DNA of 62,891 bases, the filler included, from Aduncisulcus paluster (Eukaryota), in the NCBI GenBank assembly GCA_024181965.1. It is 6 parts of 6 records of this genome, joined end to end, with 100 filler letters (N's around TTAATTAATTAA, not from the genome) between each part and the next. Parts side by side here need not be neighbours in the genome. Positions count along the whole stretch, not along the records: positions 1 to 23,083 come from BQXS01012440.1; 5 more parts are not named here. One strand, 5' to 3'. The notes beneath the pieces were generated by a model that saw nothing but the letters and a program-made list of their open reading frames with translations, did not search any database and was not told where the DNA came from. Positions 11,386-23,083 of the stretch are shown one piece after another (positions within the stretch are counted from its first letter, which is position 1; each line of letters begins with the position of its first letter). The translations under genes and the position numbers were made by a program.

Positions 11386-12756
11386 TTATTTCTTTTTCAT
11401 TCTCCTCTTTCCAAGTCTCTTTTTCTGTTTCATTACAGAGGTTCCATATGCTTCTGATTTCTTTTTACCACCACCCATACCTTTTCCTTGTCCCATTTTC
11501 TTTTCATTTTTTGCCTTTCTGATTTGATTCCGAGTGGGTAAATCAATTTCAACTTCGTCTGCCCCCATTCCTTCCTGTTGACGCCTGATAGCTTCTTCTC
11601 TGGCAACTTTTCCGCTTCGAGCTAATAAACGTTGTCTTTCTTCCTCTTCTTCGCGTCGATCTCTCTGAATAATTGTCTCTCCCTCACGAATCTTTCGAAT
11701 CATCTTTCTCTTGAGCAGGAACTCATATTGTCCACAATCGGGATCATAGACTCCACGCTGGATACTTTCTAGCCTCAAAGCAAAGCGAGGACCCATTTCC
11801 TGAAGCCTGCATTGAACTCCTTCAGGGAGACGAGTGTCCTCTTCAACAGTTCTATAGGGAACTTGAGTACTTGTGTATTTCTTTGCAAGAACATGAAGAT
11901 CACGGGCTTCTTTAAGAACAATAGTGGGCTTAGGAAGTTCAACAGCTCCATCGAGTTCGTCATCATCATCCATGGATCTATCAGAATCTATTTGATCTTC
12001 TTCCTCCTTCCCCATTTTATCGTCATCAAAACCAAGAGATTCCTCATCATCGTCGTCGTCTTCTTCTTCTTCTTCATCTCCACCAAGATCGATATCCTCA
12101 CCATCGTCTTGCAGCTCAGCTTCATCATCATCAAGGGGAAGGTCAAACTCATCATCTTCCTCGTCTTCATCACTCAAATCTGTTGATTTGGAAGCGTTGG
12201 CACGCAATTTCTTCTTCTTTCTGAGTAAATCACGCTTACTTGGATTGACATAATCTTTTTTGTTCTTTTTATGTAAATCTTCAAAAATATATCTATAAGC
12301 AGAAAATAAAATAAAATCATCTTCATTGTGAAACACAACACATTGACGTCCCTTGAAATCTGGATTTGACGGCATAAGACCACGGAAAACAGAGGCAATC
12401 CTGGCTCCAATAGCTGTATCAAAGTTATGCATCAGTAATTCAAATTCATGTTTTGTAGGAGCAGCAGAACCTGAAATATTCCTCCTTGGAACAACTCCAC
12501 GGAGACGGAAAGTAAGAGTAACGGGCTCTTTTCGAATTGCGGAAATAATAAGGCCAAATGGTTTTCTAGCATGGGCTTGGAATATTATAACATGAGTAAA
12601 TCCTTTTTTCTCGGCATATGAAAAAACTTTTTCAATGGGTCTCTTCTTCCTTTTGAAATAATAAAAAGAAGGGAAAATCGTTAGCATATCGGATATCAAA
12701 TACAATAACGTTTTACATTTGGGATGAATAGAAGTGGTTACAAGAACTTTGGACAT
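11386..12756 (-). CDS. RPF1: Brix-domain ribosome biogenesis protein (RPF1-like) with long acidic insertion
   Basis: KVLVTTS, FHNEDDFILF..YRYIF and RLQEMGPRFALRL Brix motifs. Start probably ATG 12756 (ORF track 12816). Confidence 0.85.
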   Translation of the reverse strand: MSKVLVTTSIHPKCKTLLYLISDMLTIFPSFYYFKRKKRPIEKVFSYAEKKGFTHVIIFQAHARKPFGLIISAIRKEPVTLTFRLRGVVPRRNISGSAAPTKHEFELLMHNFDTAIGARIASVFRGLMPSNPDFKGRQCVVFHNEDDFILFSAYRYIFEDLHKKNKKDYVNPSKRDLLRKKKKLRANASKSTDLSDEDEEDDEFDLPLDDDEAELQDDGEDIDLGGDEEEEEDDDDDEESLGFDDDKMGKEEEDQIDSDRSMDDDDELDGAVELPKPTIVLKEARDLHVLAKKYTSTQVPYRTVEEDTRLPEGVQCRLQEMGPRFALRLESIQRGVYDPDCGQYEFLLKRKMIRKIREGETIIQRDRREEEEERQRLLARSGKVAREEAIRRQQEGMGADEVEIDLPTRNQIRKAKNEKKMGQGKGMGGGKKKSEAYGTSVMKQKKRLGKRRMKKK

Positions 12757-13066
12757 CGTACTCTTCCAAACTATGAGATAGAGCTGATTGTCTTGGGTTA
12801 TTGCGAATATATTCATTAATCAGTATTTTATGAGATTAAATTGAAAAAGAATTAAATAAAACGATTGATTTTTCCGAATATTTTGATGATATACTTGTGA
12901 TTCATCCGATAATCGAAAATATCGCGTTCTTCCCCTACGGATTATTAAATGTTCAAATTATATGAAAATATAGCCATTTCATATGTAATTTATAAGCAAA
13001 AGATTGCGAAAAATTCCTAATATTCGATGAACTGAATCTGTTTCAAGTAAAAACAAGTTTGTCCCC

Positions 13067-14982
13067 ATGGAAGAAGAAATATTTGAAGCAGCTAAGAAAT
13101 ATTTGATGCAAAAAGGTGTCGAAGGACGCAGTTTGTTCGAACATTTGTCCGATGTAGTCCTTAAACTCTTTTCGCAAAAACCAGACGATCCTTATGAAAC
13201 ATTAGAAGATATTTCAAGAGATATTAAAGAATCAGCAGCTGAATCAGGCAAGGAGGAACTTGGAAATATTTCAAATCTCTCTGAAAAAGAGCTTGCATTA
13301 CTTGAAAAAACATTAACTTTATTTAAACGGAAGCAAACTGCTGTTGATGAAAATGGAAGTTTGATTGAGGACGATTTACAGCCAGCCGAACCAGAAATAT
13401 CAGATCTCTTAATTGAAAATCATTATATGAACCTTTTGGGCCGTGGACTTCCAAAAATTGAGGCACAACGTGTTTTCCTTTCCATGCGTCGATTTGCCCA
13501 AGAAAATAGCGATAATATTACATCTCTCCGCTTTTTTGGAAAATTTATTTGTGATTCTGGATGCTACTATGTTCTTGAAGGTGTAAAAGTGTGGAAAGAA
13601 GATGAGGATGGAACTCAACCTGATTATGGAGCCAGTCAGGACATTGTTCAAGAAGAAGAGGAAGAAGAGGAGGAGGAAAAATCTGATGAAGAGGAAGAGA
13701 AGGACAAAAAGGGAGACGGCGAGGAAGAAGAAGAAGAGGAGGAGGAGGAAAAATCTGATGAAGAGGAGGAAGAAGATGGAAAGAAGCCTCCCCCATNNNN
13801 NNNNNNNNNNNNNNNNTGCGTCGATTTGCCCAAGAAAATAGCGATAATATTACATCTCTCCGCTTTTTTGGAAAATTTATTTGTGATTCTGGATGCTACT
13901 ATGTTCTTGAAGGTGTAAAAGTGTGGAAAGAAGATGAGGATGGAACTCAACCTGATTATGGAGCCAGTCAGGACATTGTTCAAGAAGAAGAGGAAGAAGA
14001 GGAGGAGGAAAAATCTGATGAAGAGGAAGAGAAGGACAAAAAGGGAGACGGCGAGGAAGAAGAAGAGGAGGAGGAGGAAAAATCTGATGAAGAGGAGGAA
14101 GAAGATGGAAAGAAGCCTCCCCCATTGCCATTTTCCCTCGAGACTCAAGTCGAAGTCCATGTTGGTGTGAATGAGAGGACATACTGGGTTTGCTCGAAGC
14201 TTGGTGATGATTGGATGCCTCTCCCCGAGGTTACCCCGACCCAGATACAAATTAGTCGCTTTGTTTGCCGGAAACTGAGCGGATCTCTTTCTCATACCAC
14301 GTGGAAACGGTATCCCTTTTTCCCCGGAAGAGAGGCCCATTTCCTTCGATGCTTAATTGCCAGAATAAGACATTCATGTTTTGTCGAACCCCTTGCAAAG
14401 ACCTCTGAGGATGATATTGAAGTTGACGATGAAGAGCAAGGATTGGCTGTGCTCGGCGGGTGGAAACATTGTCTGAAGGAAATGCGTCCTGATGGTCGTA
14501 TCACCAAAGCCAAGAAGATCCCAGTCCCAAGCGAAGAGGAAGAGGAAGAAGATGATGACGAAGAAGAGGAAGATGAGGAACCTAAGCCATTATCTGAAGA
14601 CAAGACGATCGGACGCAGGAAGGGACCTCGGTGGTGTTTGCGTATGAATCGTGGCTTTGGAAAGGATAAGGTTGTCTGTGTGGAGAATATGAGATGGCAT
14701 GGGGCATGCTCATGTGGGTGGAAGAAAGGAAAGAAGAGTTGTTGTATGTATATTGGTGATGGGCTGTGTCGTAATGCCGTGGAGGCTTTCACGATCCTTG
14801 CACCCCCTTCCCTTGAGCTTATCCCTTCATTAGAGCCCACTGAACAAGATGATCCCACTTTGGAATGGGAGAAAGAGGTTGAAGAGAGAAAGAAAGATCT
14901 TGAACAACACAAAAAGGATGCCGATGAAATGGCTGAGGAAGAGGAGGAAAAGGATGAGGAAGAAGAGGAAGATGATGAATAA
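13067..14982 (+). CDS. Flagellar radial spoke head protein RSP4/RSP6 family, split by a gap with duplicated flanks
   Basis: N-terminal SLFEHLSDVVLKL RIIa-like domain; LRFFGKF, GVNERTYWVC, WMPLPEVTPTQI, YPFFPGREAHFLRCLIARI, RWHGA, MYIGDG. Confidence 0.9.
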
Positions 14983-15272
14983 TAATAATGTTTATCAAAA
15001 TTTTAGGTTTCTTATTCTAATTTTATATTCACCAGTCGCTTTTGTGTAAGATCCATTGAAATTGTTTTTGTACTGATATTGAATTATTCTCATAATTTAT
15101 ATTGGGATTATAATAAAAATAAAATATTGACAGATTTCTGGGACGGGTGAAATTATTAATATTCTCACTGCAAATCGATTGTCAAGAAATGTGACATGAT
15201 TTTTCGTTCAATTCGAAACCATGCCTTCGATATTCTTGGCTTATCGTGATCCAACCATATCCTATTGAAATA

Positions 15273-18200
15273 ATGTCACTTAGTTTTGGCATATTTCAAG
15301 AAGGGGAATCCGGTCCCCCCGAATTTAGGTTGATTGGTATAAATTGGGATACCACCATTCAAACAGTATTTTATGTGAGTTGTTTATTTTTTGGAATATT
15401 GTTGATACGTATCGCATATTCATTTACTCCATTTAAAAGGTATTTGCCCGAGTCGTCGGCCGTAATCATTTTAGGACTTGTTATCGGAGGTTTCATTATT
15501 ATTTTTGATTCAACTGATACGATACTAAACGAAATAACAAAAGATATCATTTTTCTAATATTTCTTCCTCCTATCATTTTTGAGTCAGGTTATTTCCTTC
15601 AGACAACTTTTTTTTTCACAAATATGCTAACAATTCTCGTATATGCTGTTATTGGAACGATTCTCAATACTTTCATTATTGGAACAATTGTGTATGCCGT
15701 CCGAACCGTTTGTAATCTGGATTTTTCCCTCCCAGAAGCTTGGGCCTATGGCTCTCTTTTGGCTGCTGTTGATCCTGTTGCCGTCCTTGCTATATTTGAA
15801 GAGGCGCATGTCAATGAATCCTTGTTTAATATTACATTTGGAGAAAGTGTACTCAATGACGCAGTGTCAATCGTTCTGTATGATGTCTTTTTGTCCGTCG
15901 AATCGTTACAAGAGGAAAACTATGGTCTGGCAGCAATTCTAGGTCTTGGTATTGCCAAGTTTTTTATTGTTTTTGGCGGTGGAATAGTAACTGGCATTGT
16001 TGTGGCTTTGATCACCATTTTGGCTTCTCGATTTACTCGACATGCAACGATAGTTGAACCGTTATTGGGCATTCTGACGGCCTTTTTAGCATTTGTTATT
16101 GCAGAAATATTCACTTTTAGTGGGATTATTTCGACTCTTGCGGCTGCTATCGTTGTTAGTCGATACATGAAACCGAACTTCACAAGAGGAAGTAGGATAA
16201 CATTCGAACATCTCCTTAAAATATTAGCTTCAAGTATGGAGGGAATTTTATTTCTAATAATTGGATTGGCGTTGGCCAACACATTTGAATATTTTTCTGA
16301 TATCAATTGGTTATTATCATTATTCGTTATTTTAACAGCCGTTGTTGGTCGATTTCTTGTTACATTATTTCTTGCTGTCCTTCTTAATATAAATACATCG
16401 AAATACACTCGAAAGGTTCCATATGCTGATGCAATTATATTGTGGGTTGCTGGTCTTCGAGGTGCGATTGCCTTTGCCTTAGCTTTCGTCCTTCCATCAC
16501 CCCCACTAGAGCCAGAGACCAAAACAGCATTTCTTTATTCGACTATACACCTGATCATTTTTTCTGTTTATGTTCAGGGTTCTCTGGCAAAACCCATGTT
16601 GGAGTGGCTTAACGTCAGGAGAGATAGAAATCATCGAGCAAAACTTCAGAGTGCAATCCAGCACAATAGGGAAGCAAGAAGAGCAATGCAAGAAGGCGGA
16701 AGTGATTTCTTCACTGATGATTCATCAAGTTCTCATCCCTCACAAGGTGACTCTAAATCAAAGAAAAAGAAGAAGAAGAGCGAGAAAAAAGGGAAAGGAA
16801 GTAGGAAAGACCATAAAAAGGATGATAAATCTGGGAAAAAATCAAAGAAAGAAAAACGACACTCCAAAAAGAAACTTCCTTCGAAAGACAAGGTGCCCGA
16901 TGGAATAGGAGATGAGTCAAGTCTTATTACATCAGCAAACCAACCTGATGATGACTTTGGGGAGTTTGGATCTCGGTTAGGAGATTACCATGGTGATTCA
17001 GTGTCGAGATCTGCGGTTCCCCCCAAACTTTCAACTGCTCCTTGGAGCAAGTCTGTCTCACCAATTTCAGTGACCGCCTCATCATCATCCTCATCATCAG
17101 CACTTTCTACAATCAGATCTGCTATTGCTGGAATTGAAACTGGACGTATTTCTGAAGCTCGTCCTCCGCATAGTAAGATGTATTCTTCATCGACATCACA
17201 TGATAGTGAAGTAAGATCTGCATTTAATCGTGATTTAAATATTGATATTCATTCTTCAGGAATTGACCACTCTGATGATGCTCATTCACCTTGCTTCGTT
17301 CACAATGCTGGAAAAGACCACTTTGGAATCATCGACAATGAAGCTGAAACTGAGTTTCAAATCGTTGGAACCTCAACAGAGGAATCAACATCCCTGGCTG
17401 AACACTCATCAATCGAGTCAAGTGAAGTTGTTTCATCGCCTGGAGGTGAAATTCTCAGCGCTGATGAAAAGATTCCACTTGCGTATAGATTGCTCCCTAA
17501 GGTAGGATTTTATGTTAGAAATGTTATCACAGGAATTCTACAGAAGGAACGAGCTGTGCATGCAGTCAGAGTATTCTTCAAACGAGTTGATTTTGCTCTT
17601 GCTAAACTCCTTCTTCGTCCATTGCATCGTGAAGAAAAATGGTTGTTATTATCTCTTGAGCGCATCTCAGTTCTGGAAATGACGGCAAGGGTTCGTACAT
17701 TAACTGGATTAGAAGATGAAGAATTGCAGCGATTATTGATTTCTGTTGAAACTTACATGTCCGATCCAAGGCTTCAAGCCCCTGGAGTTTCGCTCAGAAG
17801 AGTTGCTTTTGAGCGATATTTGCGTCAAGATGTTAATGTCATCCAACCCACCTTTTCTCCACCGCCCTCAGCCGTCTTTGCCGCTCGATATCTCAAAGAT
17901 CAACGAGTATTCGCAGTTGTTCCAGCTGTCGGAATATCTGGGATCGAAGCGGAGGAGAAAGGTATTGAAAGGATGGGGATTGAGCTTGATGTTGCACCTG
18001 GTGCCCCAAGAGGAGAAAAACAAAAGCTTGGAATAGTTTTAGAAGAAGAAGAAGAGGAAATAATGCGTGCAAGACCTCCATCTTCTGAAGAATTATTAAA
18101 AGTTGGTGCATTTAAGATCGAATCAGAAGAAGAAATTCCCAGTGAAGCTGTTACTCCCAATATTGTAGGATGGGATGGTTTTGTGAAAGGGAGGAAGGAG

Positions 18201-18989
18201 GAAGAAAAGGAAGAAGAAGAGGCTTTCTTGGGAATTGTTGCTCCTGTTCCTGAGGAAGAGATAGAAATGAAGAAGAAGGAAGAAAAATTACGGAAAGAAA
18301 AAATGAAAAAACTTGCCAAGCGTCGAGAAGAGGAAGAAGAAGAATTGGCTGAACGAAGAAAAGAACTATTATTCTCGCCTTCTCGTGATCGAATTGGAGT
18401 TGTTCAGCCTGGAGAAGTTCCAATATCTTATGAAAAAGAGATCGTAACTCCTGGAAGCACCTTCGTTCGATTTGTTGATGGGATGGAAAGACAAAGAATG
18501 GTAGGTCAACTTCGAATCTCTGCTGCTCACAAGCAATACATGTATAATGATCCTGCGTTTACTGCAATCCAGACAGCTATTCGTCCAACCCATCCCCCTG
18601 GTCGGCCTGTTGTTGATGAAGCCATCGCATATCCCGAGGGACGTATGCACCATCGTGAAGAAGTTGCAAACGAATTAATTCGACCATTACCCGGGGATAT
18701 TGATTCAGAAGAGGCTATTGTTGGTCTTGAACCTACTGAGGAAGCTCCCTCGCCGAGAATAGAAGATACTCATGAAGGACAATATATTTCAGGAATTAAA
18801 GGGGATGTTTATACTCCCCAATTTGTATATTTACCCAAACGACGAAATCCACCATCGGGAAAACATGGGAGATTGGTCGATACTCCATTTCTTCCGGGAC
18901 ATGTGTTTCAGGAAGAAGCCAGAGAATCATTCGTTAGATCAATGCTTATCTCTGATGATTCACCTCCAAAAATTAAAACACGAAAATAA
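15273..18989 (+). CDS. Na+/H+ exchanger (CPA1/SLC9A family) with long cytoplasmic tail
   Basis: FLPPIIFESG, AVDPVAVLAIF, FGESVLNDAVSIV and GLRGAIAFALA motifs. First ATG at 15273 (ORF track starts at GTG 15246). Confidence 0.95.
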   Translation: MSLSFGIFQEGESGPPEFRLIGINWDTTIQTVFYVSCLFFGILLIRIAYSFTPFKRYLPESSAVIILGLVIGGFIIIFDSTDTILNEITKDIIFLIFLPPIIFESGYFLQTTFFFTNMLTILVYAVIGTILNTFIIGTIVYAVRTVCNLDFSLPEAWAYGSLLAAVDPVAVLAIFEEAHVNESLFNITFGESVLNDAVSIVLYDVFLSVESLQEENYGLAAILGLGIAKFFIVFGGGIVTGIVVALITILASRFTRHATIVEPLLGILTAFLAFVIAEIFTFSGIISTLAAAIVVSRYMKPNFTRGSRITFEHLLKILASSMEGILFLIIGLALANTFEYFSDINWLLSLFVILTAVVGRFLVTLFLAVLLNINTSKYTRKVPYADAIILWVAGLRGAIAFALAFVLPSPPLEPETKTAFLYSTIHLIIFSVYVQGSLAKPMLEWLNVRRDRNHRAKLQSAIQHNREARRAMQEGGSDFFTDDSSSSHPSQGDSKSKKKKKKSEKKGKGSRKDHKKDDKSGKKSKKEKRHSKKKLPSKDKVPDGIGDESSLITSANQPDDDFGEFGSRLGDYHGDSVSRSAVPPKLSTAPWSKSVSPISVTASSSSSSSALSTIRSAIAGIETGRISEARPPHSKMYSSSTSHDSEVRSAFNRDLNIDIHSSGIDHSDDAHSPCFVHNAGKDHFGIIDNEAETEFQIVGTSTEESTSLAEHSSIESSEVVSSPGGEILSADEKIPLAYRLLPKVGFYVRNVITGILQKERAVHAVRVFFKRVDFALAKLLLRPLHREEKWLLLSLERISVLEMTARVRTLTGLEDEELQRLLISVETYMSDPRLQAPGVSLRRVAFERYLRQDVNVIQPTFSPPPSAVFAARYLKDQRVFAVVPAVGISGIEAEEKGIERMGIELDVAPGAPRGEKQKLGIVLEEEEEEIMRARPPSSEELLKVGAFKIESEEEIPSEAVTPNIVGWDGFVKGRKEEEKEEEEAFLGIVAPVPEEEIEMKKKEEKLRKEKMKKLAKRREEEEEELAERRKELLFSPSRDRIGVVQPGEVPISYEKEIVTPGSTFVRFVDGMERQRMVGQLRISAAHKQYMYNDPAFTAIQTAIRPTHPPGRPVVDEAIAYPEGRMHHREEVANELIRPLPGDIDSEEAIVGLEPTEEAPSPRIEDTHEGQYISGIKGDVYTPQFVYLPKRRNPPSGKHGRLVDTPFLPGHVFQEEARESFVRSMLISDDSPPKIKTRK

Positions 18990-19164
18990 GAAATTTCAAC
19001 AAAATGAGATACCAAGTCGGTTCTAAAATAACCATCGGAAAGTGAGCAATTCTCAGGCACATTTTATTAGAAATAAGTTGTAAGGGGTATATACATCACG
19101 ATATGTACATCCTTCCTGCTAATATTGAAATGATATTTGATATGATGAATAGAAAGTCGACGAG

Positions 19165-19201
<37 letters not shown>

Positions 19202-19438
19202 TGAAATAGATCTATATATAATATCTAAGTAATGAAGAATGTGAGCATGAGAAAAGCCCAATAGTAATAAGCAGTGTGTCAAACCATATACATTCAATAA
19301 ACAATATAATATCGGAATCCGTGTCAAAATAAACAATTTGACCCGTTAAAATGTGTTACACTAAAATCAAAAACTGTTCTATAGAAATGACTATCTCGAG
19401 TTTTGATAATTTCTTCCACAAATTGTAGTTAATCTTCC

Positions 19439-22400
19439 TCATCCACACCTGACCTTATTTGTGGAGAATAATGGAGTAAATACCTCTTCGCACCAATGTT
19501 GAATATCTTGGATATCTTCAAAGGAACATTCGATAAAGTTTGAAACATCGTCTTCATACATAATGTGGATATCGACCCACGATTTTATAGAGTAACGACG
19601 AATGATATCCCGGACTATTGTGGGAGCTCCAATAAGGATTGAAGGTTGAAGATATTTCATCATATCATACATGACAAGAATCATACACACACATTTACAT
19701 ATTGTAACATCGGTGGGCTCTTTCAATTCATCGGGAGACAAAACATACGTACCACTGAGGATAAATCTATTCATCCAAACATATTCTTCACCAACAATTG
19801 AATGTAAGTTACTCAAAATCTCTTCTTCCAACTGATCAACCAACCTCAATTGATTTCTAGTAATCACTTGACTATCCATAGCAATGGCAGGACTCTTCTC
19901 TCCTTCTTCTTGTTCTTTTTCCTCTTCTTTATCTTTGTGAGGATCGGCGGAGGAAGAAAGTTTTGCTCGTTCGATTTCAAATAATTCCTTTGCTTTCTGA
20001 ATAGATTTATCAAATGATTCTTTGCCCATCAAGACAATCTTTTTCAGTAGTCTGCGACATCTCTTGAGATCTTCCCATCGAACACACACAAAAGGAAGAG
20101 ATATTTGATAGTATGATTTAATTTGTCCACATATACTCCACACGACACCAAGACTGTCCTCCTCATTGACAAGAATAAATGAACACTTCAGATTGGACAC
20201 AATACACGTCACTGAGGGATCGATGATACGCAGCAAACGATCTTTCTCAGAACTAAATAAAGTTCCCAAACGGTGAGAAAAATGTTCACCAGAAATTGGA
20301 GAAAATACAGTTCGTCCCACTTTCATGTCACCCATTTTCTTATTTTGAGGTAAAATCTTGAATATTGACGGTAAATCGAACACAGATGGTGGAGCTCTCA
20401 TCCGACGCTCAAAGGAGAAGAGCTGTGAAACAAAAGCCGCAGAAGGAGAAGCAACAGGCCTCACAGTTCGTACACACTTGAGAGCTTGATTAAAAGGCAT
20501 GTTCCGAGTGATCATGAGCCACGCAATGCATACCGCACAACTCCGAGAAACACCTTGTTGACAATGCACAAGAACACTTCCAAACGGACACGAGAAACAA
20601 TCATTTATAAAATCAAAACAAAATGGAAGAATTGAGCAAATATCCTCGGTTCCACCATCAGCAAGGTCCAATTTAAGGTAAGCAAACGTGTCAGGGAAAT
20701 AAACTGGCACTGCAGACACACAGCAATTGATGATATGGGTTATTCCTCTTGAGAGCAAAAGGTTTTCATCCTGAGCGACCCCATCCCCACCGACGTACAG
20801 ACGTGAACAGACAAGCGACATACAGGCCCCACCAACACGCATGGCAGCAATCCGTTGTTTGTACTTATGCTGGGTGTGATCAAGGGAGGAGAGAGGCCGA
20901 TGAGTCTTATGTCTTGGGGAAGTATCATCGATAGGACCCAATGAAGTGTACGCATGTGTATAGCGTGTGCGAGCAGTCTCGCTTGAAGGCGGGGAGATTG
21001 TTTTTAAAGGGAAAACCAGGGATGGTAATTGGAAATCACTGACATCTTTGGATATGTCTTTCAGATTGAGCTGCATGGTGACCTTCTTGGGTGGAGACTC
21101 TTTGGGCATATCACACGGAAGACCCGTGCCACGCTCATCCTCTTCTTCTTCACGATGTTCTGCTTCACGCTCACAATTATTGTGGAAGTGGTCATGATCT
21201 TCAAGAACATGGCCATCACTATCGGCACCAACTTTTCCGAGACCTTCAAGCAGCAATGATGGAATGGACTCTCCAGAAAACTTTGAACTACTCTTCTCAT
21301 CCCCTCGAGCTGTGATACTGAGGTGTTCAAGCTCACGGTCGTCACTGCGTTCAGGCGTGGAAGGACTGAAGGGGGAAGAGATACGCCCAAGATCAAGTGT
21401 GGGCAAAGAAAAGCCAATGGGGGTATTTAGATGCTTGCTGGAATCGTTAGCATCAGGACTCCGATCTTCGGTCACATCTTTCATCGAAGAGCTTTTTTCT
21501 TCATCGTTCGTGAGACATGATGTGACAACCCCAGATTCTTCACAAATAACAGGAATAGAAGTTGTTGAAGTGACTTGAGTGAGATTGAACACACGAGAGG
21601 AGGATTCTTGGCCAATGCAACTACTTTCCTCACTTAAAGCGGGGGTAGATCGATTGGGTTCTCTGACCATGGGAACTGATATAGCAGTCACAGGCTGTTT
21701 CTCCACAGAACTAGAATCACGGCTATGGATTGGAATATCATCCAAATCATCAAGTTCTTCCTCTTCTTCTTTGGGAGGGATAAAAATAGAAGAGGGTGAC
21801 CGAGGTTTTTTGTCACCATTTATGGCCAGAGTGTCACAAGAAGGATTTCCATCAACTTCTTTTTCTTTCTTTTCCTTGCGGGTTGGTTCCAAAGCTTTGT
21901 CTTCATCCTCATCCTCATTTCTTTGATTATCTGCTGGAGTATCTGTTCCATAACGTTTGTTTGCACGAGAACCAATAAACTCTGGGATAACAAAAGTACC
22001 AGAAAACAGAGGGTGGTCAGGCCTGGCCAATGAAAGTACTTTGGAAGAGTCTTCTCTATAAGTTCGCGAAGAATAAGACGATTCTGTTGGTTTCGATCCA
22101 TCTTTCCGAATCATACCATCAGTATCTTTCCTTCGTTCACCTCCCCTTGTCGTATGAGCTGAAGGGTTTGAGAAAGGAGAAGAAGGAGAACCAGATATAC
22201 CATCAATATGGTGTGCTGGAGGTGCTATATGGGTCTCTGCAGGGGAAGCAGTCACAGAAGGGACAGATTGACGAATAAAATCGGCTTCAATGAAGGACAA
22301 AGGATATTGGTGTTGAAACCGTCCCTTTACATGTGTTTTAGCGATTGAAACAGGAGGTTTTTGATCATTGTGATGTCCAAAACTGAGTGAACTCACACAT

Positions 22401-23083
22401 CTCCGTTTTGTTTGCTCCTCTCCATGCATTTCAATGTCGCTCTTCACTCCAACCATTCGCAGAGCTGGTGATAGATGTGGGAATGGATCACGAACTGAAG
22501 GAGATCTGCACTGAGTGCGAGAACGAGGACTTCCATCAGAGAATCTCCTTGTTCCTTTCCTTGTGCTGCGAGTGGTATCACTAACAGCACCAATCTCCTG
22601 AGTTTTGACACCAATGGATCCGACTTGTCTCTCGTGGAATGACACAGTACCCTTCTTTGAAGGTGGAGAAAATTTCACTCCAACCATTCGCAGAGCTGGT
22701 GATAGATGTGGGAATGGATCACGAACTGAAGGAGATCTGCACTGAGTGCGAGAACGAGGACTTCCATCAGAGAATCTCCTTGTTCCTTTCCTTGTGCTGC
22801 GAGTGGTATCACTAACAGCACCAATCTCCTGAGTTTTGACACCAATGGATCCGACTTGTCTCTCGTGGAATGACACAGTACCCTTCTTTGAAGGTGGAGA
22901 AAATTTCACTCCAACCATATGAGGCCCTAGTTTCTTTGAAGACCCATCTTTCCTTTGCACTCGCTTCGCTTTCCACTGTTTTTCCCACTCTTCGCGTTGT
23001 TTGGCACGTTCTTTCTCCATATAAATGTCTCGTTCAATCTCTCGCATCCTTAGGCGGGTTTGATGATCAGATCTGAATGGGTT
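19439..23083 (-). CDS. Dual-specificity (MAPK-phosphatase-like) protein phosphatase, probably 5'-truncated at the contig edge
   Basis: LYVGGD, GITHIINC and the VHCQQGVSRS (CX5R) active site. The frame stays open upstream of ATG 23047 to the linker. Confidence 0.9.
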   Translation of the reverse strand, partial: NPFRSDHQTRLRMREIERDIYMEKERAKQREEWEKQWKAKRVQRKDGSSKKLGPHMVGVKFSPPSKKGTVSFHERQVGSIGVKTQEIGAVSDTTRSTRKGTRRFSDGSPRSRTQCRSPSVRDPFPHLSPALRMVGVKFSPPSKKGTVSFHERQVGSIGVKTQEIGAVSDTTRSTRKGTRRFSDGSPRSRTQCRSPSVRDPFPHLSPALRMVGVKSDIEMHGEEQTKRRCVSSLSFGHHNDQKPPVSIAKTHVKGRFQHQYPLSFIEADFIRQSVPSVTASPAETHIAPPAHHIDGISGSPSSPFSNPSAHTTRGGERRKDTDGMIRKDGSKPTESSYSSRTYREDSSKVLSLARPDHPLFSGTFVIPEFIGSRANKRYGTDTPADNQRNEDEDEDKALEPTRKEKKEKEVDGNPSCDTLAINGDKKPRSPSSIFIPPKEEEEELDDLDDIPIHSRDSSSVEKQPVTAISVPMVREPNRSTPALSEESSCIGQESSSRVFNLTQVTSTTSIPVICEESGVVTSCLTNDEEKSSSMKDVTEDRSPDANDSSKHLNTPIGFSLPTLDLGRISSPFSPSTPERSDDRELEHLSITARGDEKSSSKFSGESIPSLLLEGLGKVGADSDGHVLEDHDHFHNNCEREAEHREEEEDERGTGLPCDMPKESPPKKVTMQLNLKDISKDVSDFQLPSLVFPLKTISPPSSETARTRYTHAYTSLGPIDDTSPRHKTHRPLSSLDHTQHKYKQRIAAMRVGGACMSLVCSRLYVGGDGVAQDENLLLSRGITHIINCCVSAVPVYFPDTFAYLKLDLADGGTEDICSILPFCFDFINDCFSCPFGSVLVHCQQGVSRSCAVCIAWLMITRNMPFNQALKCVRTVRPVASPSAAFVSQLFSFERRMRAPPSVFDLPSIFKILPQNKKMGDMKVGRTVFSPISGEHFSHRLGTLFSSEKDRLLRIIDPSVTCIVSNLKCSFILVNEEDSLGVVWSICGQIKSYYQISLPFVCVRWEDLKRCRRLLKKIVLMGKESFDKSIQKAKELFEIERAKLSSSADPHKDKEEEKEQEEGEKSPAIAMDSQVITRNQLRLVDQLEEEILSNLHSIVGEEYVWMNRFILSGTYVLSPDELKEPTDVTICKCVCMILVMYDMMKYLQPSILIGAPTIVRDIIRRYSIKSWVDIHIMYEDDVSNFIECSFEDIQDIQHWCEEVFTPLFSTNKVRCG
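22443..22918. repeat. Exact 231-bp in-frame tandem duplication bounded by 14-bp microhomology
   Basis: TTCACTCCAACCAT at 22443, 22674 and 22905; the 77-aa block appears twice in the protein. Confidence 0.9.
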
